Assembly (NCBI GenBank): GCA_963664705.1
Contig: OY761556.1
Location: 2,020,795 to 2,084,794 of the forward strand
Source: Acidobacteriota bacterium
Lineage (GTDB): Bacteria > Acidobacteriota > UBA6911
Direction: 5' to 3'
DNA: 64,000 bases
In this document: positions 39,876 through 48,432 of the stretch, piece after piece
Position numbering within the stretch: the stretch's first letter is position 1
How the letters are laid out: each line of letters starts with the position of its first letter
Notes under the pieces: generated by a model
Databases searched by the model: none
Told to the model about the DNA's origin: nothing
What the model saw: the letters and a program-made list of their open reading frames with translations, nothing else
Made by a program: the position numbers and the translations under genes

Positions 39876-40849
39876 GCGAACTTGTTTCCATCATTGTCCC
39901 TGTCTATAACGAACGCGAGAACCTTGAACCGCTGGTCCGCTCGCTCACCCGTGTTCTGGACCAGACCGGCGAGGACTATGAAATTCTTTTTGTCGACGAT
40001 GGGAGTAGCGACGGCAGCGCGGACTACCTGGACACTTTGCCCACGGTGAACCCTCGGATCAAAATAATCCACTTTCGCAGGAATTTCGGGCAGACAGCCG
40101 CCATGTCCGCGGGATTCGATCATGCACGGGGATCCATCCTCATTCCAACCGATGCCGACCTGCAGAATGATCCAGAGGACATTCCAGCGATCCTGGCAAA
40201 ATTGCGCGAGGGCTATGATGTTGTCAGTTGCTGGCGCCAAAAAAGACAAGATAAATGGCTTACCCGCCGTCTTCCATCCCAAATAGCCAATGCCCTGATA
40301 TCCAGGATCGGTGGCGTTCCTTTGCATGATTACGGCTGCACTCTGAAGGGTTATCGCCGTGAAGTGGTGGAGCATATCCGCCTATACGGCGAAATGCATC
40401 GGTTTATCCCGATTTATGCCTCGTGGGCAGGAGCCCGGGTCACCGAAATCCCCGTGCGTCATCATCCACGCACGGCCGGCGCAAGCAAATACGGCCTCAG
40501 CCGTACCTACAAGGTCGTCCTGGATCTTCTGACCGTGAGAATGCTTGGACGCTATTCGACAAAACCCATGTATTTTTTCGGGGGAGTCGGTCTCATCTCC
40601 TGCGCTGCGGGCTTTCTATGCGCCCTTTTGACCCTGGGTGATAAGTATCTCAACGGTGTGAAGGCACACAACAATCCGCTTCTGCTGCTGGCCGTGTTTC
40701 TCTTTCTACTGGGAGTCCAATTCATCCTGATGGGATTGGTGGCGGAGTTGGTCATCCGCACCTACTTTGAATCTCAGGGAAAGACTCCTTACATCGTGCG
40801 CCGCCTGAACGGCACTTTCGCACGCGAGGATATGTCCGCCAAGCAGTGA
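39872..40849 (+). CDS. glycosyltransferase family 2 (polyprenyl-phosphate glycosyltransferase, ArnC/DPM1-like)
   Basis: SIIVPVYNEREN...FVDDGSSDGS..., DAD motif (PTDADLQNDP) and two C-terminal TM helices. 4-nt overlap with the upstream gene. Confidence 0.85.
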   Translation: MSELVSIIVPVYNERENLEPLVRSLTRVLDQTGEDYEILFVDDGSSDGSADYLDTLPTVNPRIKIIHFRRNFGQTAAMSAGFDHARGSILIPTDADLQNDPEDIPAILAKLREGYDVVSCWRQKRQDKWLTRRLPSQIANALISRIGGVPLHDYGCTLKGYRREVVEHIRLYGEMHRFIPIYASWAGARVTEIPVRHHPRTAGASKYGLSRTYKVVLDLLTVRMLGRYSTKPMYFFGGVGLISCAAGFLCALLTLGDKYLNGVKAHNNPLLLLAVFLFLLGVQFILMGLVAELVIRTYFESQGKTPYIVRRLNGTFAREDMSAKQ

Positions 40850-40959
40850 ACATGGGAGTACAATAAATTTGTGGGTTTGAGAGTACGATCGTTGCAAAAT
40901 ACAAGCTATAAACTTGGGCAGGTCGACTAAAGCACCTGCAAGCAGATTGGGAGACTCCA

Positions 40960-41733
40960 TTGTTTTCAGAACAGTTTGGGTTTCGGCAGCATGCGCTCGT
41001 TAACTTCGTGGGGGGTGGAGGAAAAACCGCTTTAATTCATAAGCTGATGGAGGAGTATTGTTCCTGCGGGCCCGTGCTTTGCACGACCACTACCAGGATC
41101 CATCCGCCCGATCCCAGCGAAGGCCTGGTTGTGATCTCCAGCGATAATCTTCAGCTGCTCACCACAATGGTGGACAAGGTCAGCCGGAACTGCACGAGTC
41201 GTTCGTACAAGCTCGTGGTTACCCGGCACTTTATGACTCCGAATTTATTGAGGGGTGTTCCGCCCGACTTCGACAACTCTCTTTCCCGAGATCTGTTTCC
41301 CATCCTTTTGAATGAGGCCGACGGAGCCGCAAGTTTTTCCATCAAGATTCCACGCGAAGGCGAGCCGGTTTTGATGGAGAATGCGCAGTACCTCGTGCCC
41401 GTAATCGGAATCGACTGCCTCTACCAGCCGCTCGGTCCGGAAGTCGTCTTCAGATTCCAGTCCCCCATGGCGGAACAACTCTCGCTGCAACCGGGCGAAC
41501 GGATTACTCCGGATGTTGCGGCGCGCATCCTTATGCACCCAGAGGGCGTCTGCAAATACTGGAAACCCGGAATGACCATCATTCCTTTCATTAACAAGGT
41601 GGATGGTCCAGCGCAGGATTCCTCCGCACATGATCTTGCCGCCTCCATACTTAAGAACGGAAATTTCCCCGTTCAGCGCGTTGTATACGGCAGCGTGCTC
41701 CAGGGAAGAGTCGATTCCTTTTCGCCCGCATAG
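40960..41733 (+). CDS. YqeC-like P-loop protein (putative selenium-cofactor biosynthesis accessory protein)
   Basis: 257 aa with an N-terminal P-loop NFVGGGGKTALI, an ..LLNEADGAAS.. motif and ..FINKVDG.. (NKxD-like). As I recall it, this matches the YqeC family (TIGR03172). TTG start with GGGAG 6 nt upstream. Confidence 0.5.
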   Translation: MFSEQFGFRQHALVNFVGGGGKTALIHKLMEEYCSCGPVLCTTTTRIHPPDPSEGLVVISSDNLQLLTTMVDKVSRNCTSRSYKLVVTRHFMTPNLLRGVPPDFDNSLSRDLFPILLNEADGAASFSIKIPREGEPVLMENAQYLVPVIGIDCLYQPLGPEVVFRFQSPMAEQLSLQPGERITPDVAARILMHPEGVCKYWKPGMTIIPFINKVDGPAQDSSAHDLAASILKNGNFPVQRVVYGSVLQGRVDSFSPA

Positions 41734-41738
41734 CGCTG

Positions 41739-42554
41739 ATGACCATTCAACAGCTGACCAGCAAGGACAACCCGCTTCTTAAAGACATCCGCCTGGTTTC
41801 GTCCGGAATGCGGCGGGCGCCCAAAGAACTGGTCATTGCGGAAGGATTGCGCGTTCTCGAAGAAGTTGAACAATCCCCTTTTACGATCGAGGCGGTGGTT
41901 TTTTCGGATGATTTCGGGTCAGCGCCGCGCGAAAAGAACTTGCTCGATCGATTTCAATCAAAGCTATCGCGACTCTATTGCGTCAGTAGTGTTCTCTTTC
42001 AAACCATATCCACCGTGCAAACTCCGCAGGGGATCCTCGCGCTGGTGCGTGTCCCGGCTCTGTCTATATCGTCCGCCCCGAAATCAAGGAATCCGCTGCT
42101 CATCTGCGCCTGCGGTCTTCAGGACCCGGGAAACCTCGGGACACTCATCCGCACAGCCGCAGCCGCGGATGCCAATATGTTTTGTACCACCAAAGGCACC
42201 GTTTCCGCGCGCAACCCGAAAACCATTCGTTCCAGCGCCGGATCTTTTTTCCGAATTCCGATTCTCGAGCAGGTTGACATCCGCGAATTCCAGCAATACT
42301 GCATCGGTCACTCCATTCGCCTGTTTCGCACCGACGCACAGGAGGGCGTAATCTATACGGAGGCGGATTTGAAGTCTCCCTGTGCCGTTCTTTTGGGCAA
42401 CGAGGGAAGCGGATTTGCGGAACAACCGATCTCCGAACTGCCGGCGATCCGAATTCCTATCGCAAAGGGTGCCGAATCCCTGAATGTAGCCACTGCTGGA
42501 GCTGTCATTCTTTTCGAAGCCCGCAGGCAGCACGGGTGGACTGAAGACCTATGA
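41739..42554 (+). CDS. TrmH/SpoU-family RNA 2'-O-methyltransferase
   Basis: N-terminal substrate-binding domain plus SpoU methylase motifs (..LQDPGNLGTLIRTA.., ..LGNEGSG.., ..IPI....ESLNVATA..). Confidence 0.85.
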   Translation: MTIQQLTSKDNPLLKDIRLVSSGMRRAPKELVIAEGLRVLEEVEQSPFTIEAVVFSDDFGSAPREKNLLDRFQSKLSRLYCVSSVLFQTISTVQTPQGILALVRVPALSISSAPKSRNPLLICACGLQDPGNLGTLIRTAAAADANMFCTTKGTVSARNPKTIRSSAGSFFRIPILEQVDIREFQQYCIGHSIRLFRTDAQEGVIYTEADLKSPCAVLLGNEGSGFAEQPISELPAIRIPIAKGAESLNVATAGAVILFEARRQHGWTEDL

Positions 42555-43888
42555 ACAAATCGCTTTTCCCTGAATCGGATGAGCCGTCCGTAACGCCCGA
42601 TGCCCCGCTGGCAGAGCGTCTTCGCCCGAGAACACTCGATGAGATCGTTGGCCAGCAACATCTGATCGGAGAAGGAAAGGTTCTGCGTGCGATGGTGGAG
42701 CAGAACCAGTTGACATCGATCATTCTTTGGGGACCTCCAGGCACCGGCAAAACCACGCTCGCCCGCATCATGGCAAAGCAGACACACTCTCCGTTTGTTT
42801 TCTACAGCGCAGTGCTTTCGGGCATTAAAGAGATCAAGACCGTTATGGCGGAGGCGGAATCCCACTCACGCAGAAATCTGGGAAGAACCGTTGTGTTTGT
42901 CGATGAAATTCATCGCTTCAACAAAGCTCAGCAGGATGCATTTTTGCCTTATGTGGAATCAGGCGTCATCCTATTGATCGGTGCCACGACCGAAAACCCA
43001 TCCTTCGAAGTAATCAGCCCGCTGCTCTCCCGGTGCAAGGTTTACGTGCTCAACCCGCTTCAGCCCTCGGAAATTGTTGAAATATTGAAGCGTGCCCTTA
43101 CCGACGAAGCGCGCGGCCTTGGCAGTGTTTCGATCTCCGTATCCGACGAAGTGCTGCAACAGCTCGCCATCTTTGCCAATGGAGACGCTCGCATTGCCCT
43201 GAACATATTTGAGCTGGCCATTTCACTGAAGAGCGGGAAAAAGTCGGGAGAAGCGCTGGTATTGAATACGGCCGATCTGGAATCCGCACTCCAGCGGAAG
43301 ATCCTGCAATACGATAAATCCGGCGAGGAGCATTACAACCTTATCTCCGCCCTTCACAAATCCATGCGCAACAGTGATGCCAATGCCGCCCTATATTGGC
43401 TCGGACGAATGCTGGAGGCCGGCGAGGATCCGGTGTATATCGCCCGCCGCATGGTTCGCTTTGCCTCTGAAGATGTCGGATTGGCCGATGTCCGTGCTCT
43501 GAGCGTTGCCTTGGACGCCACGGAAGCGGTACGGCTGATAGGCCTTCCGGAATGCAAACTGGCGCTGGCGCAGGCTGCTGTTTATCTATCGGTGGCACCC
43601 AAGTCGAATGCTCTGTATACCGCCTATTCGAGCGTGGCTTCTGACGTACAAAGGACTTTTAATGAACCTCCGCCTTTACAAATCCGCAATGCGCCCACTA
43701 AGCTCATGGAAGAATTGGGCTATGGCAAGGGCTATCAGTATGCCCATGACCTAAAAGAAAAAGTGGCGGACATGGAGTGTCTGCCCGATTCTCTTCGCGG
43801 CCGGCAGTACTACCATCCCTCAGACCAAGGAATGGAACGGCGCATCCGGGAAATCCTCGCCGAAATCAAGCAGCGCAAAAGCCATTAA
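42551..43888 (+). CDS. rarA: replication-associated recombination protein A
   Basis: Walker A GPPGTGKTTLA, Walker B VFVDEIHRFNK, and a MgsA C-terminal domain (..ISALHKSMRNSDANAALYWLGRML..). Confidence 0.95.
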   Translation: MNKSLFPESDEPSVTPDAPLAERLRPRTLDEIVGQQHLIGEGKVLRAMVEQNQLTSIILWGPPGTGKTTLARIMAKQTHSPFVFYSAVLSGIKEIKTVMAEAESHSRRNLGRTVVFVDEIHRFNKAQQDAFLPYVESGVILLIGATTENPSFEVISPLLSRCKVYVLNPLQPSEIVEILKRALTDEARGLGSVSISVSDEVLQQLAIFANGDARIALNIFELAISLKSGKKSGEALVLNTADLESALQRKILQYDKSGEEHYNLISALHKSMRNSDANAALYWLGRMLEAGEDPVYIARRMVRFASEDVGLADVRALSVALDATEAVRLIGLPECKLALAQAAVYLSVAPKSNALYTAYSSVASDVQRTFNEPPPLQIRNAPTKLMEELGYGKGYQYAHDLKEKVADMECLPDSLRGRQYYHPSDQGMERRIREILAEIKQRKSH

Positions 43889-43914
43889 CGCCAAGGGGAA
43901 TCCCGCCGTGACAC

Positions 43915-44018
43915 CTAATGCCTCATACTATTTGTCGAGGGCGAGGCCCTTCGGATTGCGGTGGCTTGCCCCCGCCTTCGGCTACTGTAATTATCAAAGG
44001 CGTCAGTAAGCTGCCGGA
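43915..44018 (+). repeat. structured intergenic repeat, copy A (full length)
   Basis: CTAATGCCTCATACTATTTGTCGAGGGCGAGGCCCTTCGGA...CCGCCTTCGGC...AAAGGCG...GCCGG aligns along ~100 nt with 57235-57337. Its first ~50 nt also align with 46041-46090. It contains a conserved hairpin CGCCTT/AAGGCG. Confidence 0.6.
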
Positions 44019-44130
44019 CTCCATGGCGAGCCTCTTCGCAAATGATATACGGCATTGGGCGGGACGCGTCCTCATTGTCGGTACACGGTTTTTTGACATT
44101 TGCTTGTTGTAAATGCGACTGGAAGGTGGT

Positions 44131-44139
44131 TGATATAAA
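44131..44139 (+). promoter_or_regulatory. candidate extended -10 promoter element for the selenoprotein gene
   Basis: TGaTATAAA (TGn + TATAAA) lies ~29 nt upstream of ATG 44168. No convincing -35 was found. Sequence match only. Confidence 0.3.
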
Positions 44140-44167
44140 TCAAACCATTTGCCCAAGAGAGGAACCA

Positions 44168-45943
44168 ATGAACTGCAAAGCGTTCTTTTTCGCGCCTTTT
44201 CTCCTCCCGTTCCTGTTTGCCGCATCTGCGGCGGCGCAAGATGCAAAAATCACCGCAATGAATCCGAGAGGCATTCTTCCTCTCATACGCAGGATACCGA
44301 TGGCCCCGCGGCCAGCAACGCTGGATGGCAAGGTTATTTATCTGGTCGATTCAAGGTATCCGCGCACCCGGGAATTTGTTGAAGAACTGCATAAGGTGCT
44401 CCAGGAACAATATCCGAAAACCACCTGGGTCCTTAGGGACAAGTTCGGAGGCTATGTCGATGATGATCCAAAGCTGTGGGCCGAAATCAAGGAGAAGGGG
44501 CATGGAATGATTATGGCCCTTGGCCATTGAAGCACCTGCTCGCCGTCGGTCGTCGGCCATTGTGTGACAGCAGAGAGCTTGGGAATTCCAACAGTGCCAA
44601 TCATTACTCAAAGGTTTCGCGAACTTGTGACCGCCATCGCCTTCAAAAAGGGAATTCCGAGCATGCGGATGGTCTACACACCGCATCCGGTCACAGACCG
44701 GCCGGCGGCGATGTGCCGGAAATACCTGCAGGGCAATGACCCGGTTACAGGCAAGCCGATCCTGCAGGAGATCGTGGAAGGGTTGATGAAACCTGTCTCG
44801 AACGAAGATAAATCGACCGGCTTTCTCCCTCGACCGCCCCGTGTCCGGTTGCTGCCTCCGGACACCGCCGAAAACCTGGACAATTACTTCTATGATAATA
44901 ACCTGACGGACGGGCTTCCGATCGTACTTCCTACGGAAAAGAAGGTAGCTGAGATGCTGAAAGCGACCAGCCGCAAGCCTGACGAGATTGTCGGCAAAAT
45001 GGCCGCTTCCACTCCACACGAAGCGTGGGAGTATACCGTTGAAATGGTTGCCGTCAATGCCGTGATGTCGGGAGCAAAGCCGGAATACTTCCCTGCAATT
45101 CTCGCCCTGGCCTCAACCGGTCAGACTGCCTTGGTCAGTTCCACATCCTCCTATGCAAGAATGGCATTGTTCAATGGGCCCATCGTGCAGGAAATGGGCA
45201 TGAATTCAGGTGTCGGCGCCATGGGACCTTTTAGCCGAGCCAACGCCACCATCGGCAGGTGCTGGACATTGATGTCCAAGAATATTGGAGGGTCGGGCAA
45301 AATCGGTGAAACCTACATGGGGACTCAAGGGAGCAACCTCAATTATAACAACCTCTGCTTTCCGGAAACCGAAGACGCTTTGCCTCCCGGGTGGAATCCA
45401 TTTCACGTGCAGAAAGGACACAAGCGGTCCGAAAGCGTGGTGAGTGTTTTTGGCGGTTGGAGCCTCAGCGATATCTGCTGGTATACGCCCACGCCCATCT
45501 ATCAGGTCATCCGTGGATGGCTGGAGCATTTCTTCTCCACCAGCGTAACCGGAGCCACACTTATCCTGGATCCGATGGTCGCCGCCGATGTAGCCTCCGC
45601 CGGGTTCAAATCCAAGGAGGACTATGCCGATTACCTGATAAGGAATACCGGAACGCCAGCCTGGCTTTATTGGCAAACCCGGCAGGCAGAGCTGGAACAA
45701 GCTCGGAAAGGCGTAGAGCCTTTTGCTACCTATTTGAAGGCTGGCGAAAACGGGGTAATCCCCCTATCGCGTTTTACGGGAAAGCTGGTCTTGGGTGTGC
45801 CGGTGAATGCATTCGCGTTCGGTACTCTGGCCTCAGACCGCACGCCGATCGAGATCATCGTAACTGGAGGAGGAACCAACACCTATTGGGCTGGCGGCGA
45901 TTTTATGTATTCGGGCAGCGCTTCGATCGACCATTGGAGATAG
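44168..45943 (+). CDS. predicted secreted selenoprotein: UGSC-like U-x-x-C domain fused to an uncharacterised ~400-aa domain (UGA 44528-44530 decoded as Sec)
   Basis: ORF-track entries 44042..44530 and 44564..45943 share a frame and are separated only by TGA plus 11 sense codons. Read-through gives ..GHGMIMALGH-U-STCSPSVVGHCVTAESLGIPTVPIITQRF.. ATG 44168 has GAGG 5 nt upstream and encodes a Sec-type signal peptide (MNCKAFFFAPFLLPFLFAASAAA/QD). The downstream entry has only a GTG with no SD. Confidence 0.65.
44528..44530 (+). other. in-frame UGA (candidate selenocysteine codon)
   Basis: Single stop between two same-frame ORFs. It creates a U-S-T-C (UxxC) motif. Confidence 0.6.
44536..44573 (+). 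promoter_or_regulatory. candidate bacterial SECIS hairpin
   Basis: Apical stem GCCG (44542-44545) / CGGC (44554-44557) with loop UCGGUCGU (contains GGUC), 11 nt after the UGA. A possible outer stem is CUGCU (44536-40) / AGCAG (44569-73). Folded by eye only. Confidence 0.4.
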
Positions 45944-46040
45944 GTGAAGCAACGAGAATGAAACTGTAGCCCGCTTGACCGCCAGCATCTTACGGGCAAG
46001 AGCACAGCTGGCTCTATCGCAGCCGTTGCCGCCGGGACGG

Positions 46041-46090
46041 CTAATGCCGCATACCATTTGTCGAGTACGATGCACTTCGGACGGCGGCGC
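46041..46090 (+). repeat. structured intergenic repeat, copy B (5' half only)
   Basis: CTAATGCCGCATACCATTTGTCGAGTACGATGCACTTCGGA matches copy A at about 35 of the first 41 positions (by-eye alignment). It ends at the rocD stop codon and is flanked by the inverted GCCGCCG (46029-35) / CGGCGGC (46082-88). Confidence 0.55.
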
Positions 46091-47290
46091 CTAGCTCATC
46101 AGAACCGGTTCAATGCGCTCGAGGGCCCAATTGATTTCATCTTTCGTGATGACCAGCGGCGGCGCAAACCGAACGGTGTTTTCATGCGTTTCCTTGCAGA
46201 GCAGTCCCTTCGACATCAGCATTTCACAGAACCGTCTGGCCCCGCCGGACTCGGGATGCAATTCAACGCCGATCAATAATCCTTTCCCGCGCACATCCTT
46301 AATATGCGGACTCCTGATGCGCCTTAACTCATTCTGGAAATAATCTCCCATGGCAGCGGCGTTTTCGATCATCCCCTCTTCCACTAGAACCTTCAGCGCC
46401 GTTCGCGCGATGGCACAGGCAAGCGGATTTCCTCCGAATGTGCTGCCATGCTCTCCTGGCCGCAGCACTCCCAGGACTTCCACATTCGATAATACCGCCG
46501 AGATAGGATAAAAGCCTCCAGACAAGGCTTTGCCGATAATGGTCAGATCGGCCTCAATTCCATCGTATTCTTCAGCCAGCAGACGCCCCGTTCTCCCCAG
46601 CCCGGTCTGGATTTCATCCAGAATAAAAACCACATGGTTCTTCTCACAAATCGCCTTGGCTCGAGACAGGAATCCCGCCGGGGGCACGATGACGCCGGCC
46701 TCCCCCTGTATAGGTTCGACCAGGAAGCCAACTGTGTTTGGCGTGATCGCCTTCTCAAGAGCCTCCGCATCGCCAAAAGGAATTACGGTGAATCCGGGTG
46801 TAAACGGACCGAAGTTTTCCCGATAGTATTCATCCGTACTGAAACTCACGATGGTAATTGTGCGGCCATGAAAATTATTGGCACAGACAATGATCTCCGC
46901 CTTGTGGCGGGGGACCCCCTTTACCTGATATCCCCATTTCCGAACGGCTTTGATAACCGTTTCGACAGCCTCCGCGCCGCTATTCATCGGCAACACCTTG
47001 TGGGAATGGGTCAGATCGCATATTTCCCTGTAAAACAAACCCAACTGATCATTTCGAAACGCGCGTGAAGTCAACGTCAGCTTCCGCGCCTGCTCCTCCA
47101 TGGTTTTCAGTATTCTGGGATGACAGTGTCCCTGGTTGACCGCCGAATAGGAGGACAGGCAATCGAGGTATCGATTCCCATCCACATCCCATACCCAGAC
47201 GCCTTGCCCCCTGGCAAGAACAACATCCAAAGGCTTGTAATTGTGCGCGCCGTATTCTTCCTCGAGGCGGATAAACTCCGTGCTGTCCAT
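46091..47290 (-). CDS. rocD: ornithine--oxo-acid aminotransferase
   Basis: Class-III PLP aminotransferase whose N-terminus is typical of OAT ([49 protein letters not shown]). I moved the start to ATG 47290, which has AGGAGG upstream. Confidence 0.85.
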   Translation of the reverse strand: MDSTEFIRLEEEYGAHNYKPLDVVLARGQGVWVWDVDGNRYLDCLSSYSAVNQGHCHPRILKTMEEQARKLTLTSRAFRNDQLGLFYREICDLTHSHKVLPMNSGAEAVETVIKAVRKWGYQVKGVPRHKAEIIVCANNFHGRTITIVSFSTDEYYRENFGPFTPGFTVIPFGDAEALEKAITPNTVGFLVEPIQGEAGVIVPPAGFLSRAKAICEKNHVVFILDEIQTGLGRTGRLLAEEYDGIEADLTIIGKALSGGFYPISAVLSNVEVLGVLRPGEHGSTFGGNPLACAIARTALKVLVEEGMIENAAAMGDYFQNELRRIRSPHIKDVRGKGLLIGVELHPESGGARRFCEMLMSKGLLCKETHENTVRFAPPLVITKDEINWALERIEPVLMS

Positions 47291-47486
47291 GGCTCCTCCT
47301 GTTCTTCCCTGACATAGAAATAGCATAAAAACCGGGCCGGTCCCACCTGATCCGTCATTGGAAACCGGCCAGGGCGGGAAGGCTGGTTTCAATTTTTGAA
47401 GCAAATCCGGTGGAATTTGTCGGAAGCCGGTACTATCCTTTTCCCTTCTAAACAGAGGCCTTCCGGCCCTAAATCAAGGAGAGTAC

Positions 47487-48371
47487 ATGTCGAGCGCAAA
47501 AAAGGTGCTTAAACTGGGGATGCCGAAGGGGAGCCTGCAGGAGTCAACCATCGAATTATTTCGAAGGGCGGGCATTCGCATCGCTTCGAGCGACCGATCC
47601 TACTTCCCCTATTGTGATGATGAGGAAATCGAAGTCATGCTGATCCGTTCCCAGGAAATGGGAAAATACGTTCAGGATGGCCTGTTCGATGCCGGAATCA
47701 CAGGCCAGGACTGGATCCTGGAAACCAGTGCCAATGTAAAGGAGATCTGTGAACTGGTCTATGGCAAATCAGGATTCAAGCCGGTCCGTTGGGTATTGGC
47801 GGTCCCGGAAAGCTCAAAAATCCGCTCGATAAAGGATCTTCAAGGCAAGCGGATCGCAACCGAACTCGTCAATTACGTCACGCGGTATCTGGCGGCCAGG
47901 AAGGTAAAGGCAAAAGTCGAGTATTCCTGGGGCGCCACGGAAGCAAAGGCGGGGATACTGGTTGACGCGATTGTCGAGCTCACCGAGACAGGCAGATCCC
48001 TGAAGGCCAATCAACTGCGGATCGTGGAGGATGTGCTCGCATCAACCACGCGCTTCATTGCCAATAAGGAAGCCTGGCGCGATCCCTGGAAGCGCGAAAA
48101 GATGGAAAATATCGCAATTCTCCTCAAGGGTGCGCTGGCCGCCGAAGGCATGGTTGGATTGAAAATGAATCTGAAGGAAAAAGATCTCGAGAAGGTAATG
48201 AGCATCCTTCCCTCTCTCAAGAGACCCACGGTCAGCCCGCTTACATTGCCCGGATGGATGGCACTGGAAGTCGTCGTCGAGGAAAAGATTGTAAAGCGGA
48301 TGATTCCCGACCTGAAGAGGGCCGGAGCCGAGGGAATTATCGAATACCCGCTGAACAAGCTGATTGCATAG
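47487..48371 (+). CDS. hisG: ATP phosphoribosyltransferase (long form with C-terminal regulatory domain)
   Basis: [12 protein letters not shown]... N-terminus and 294 aa length, consistent with long-form HisG. Confidence 0.9.
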   Translation: MSSAKKVLKLGMPKGSLQESTIELFRRAGIRIASSDRSYFPYCDDEEIEVMLIRSQEMGKYVQDGLFDAGITGQDWILETSANVKEICELVYGKSGFKPVRWVLAVPESSKIRSIKDLQGKRIATELVNYVTRYLAARKVKAKVEYSWGATEAKAGILVDAIVELTETGRSLKANQLRIVEDVLASTTRFIANKEAWRDPWKREKMENIAILLKGALAAEGMVGLKMNLKEKDLEKVMSILPSLKRPTVSPLTLPGWMALEVVVEEKIVKRMIPDLKRAGAEGIIEYPLNKLIA

Positions 48372-48432
48372 CACCCCTGCGCTTTATGGAGCGGAGGCGA
48401 AGGCTCAAAAGAGCTTTCGCCTCTGTATTCTC

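Noticed and set aside
43918-44112. 64-aa ORF (MPHTICRGRGPSDCGG...) starting inside repeat copy A; corresponding short ORFs occur at copies B and C.
   Set aside because: Reading frames and stops are not conserved between copies: copy C hits a stop after about 15 codons and copy B diverges. The similarity is at nucleotide and structure level, not protein level.
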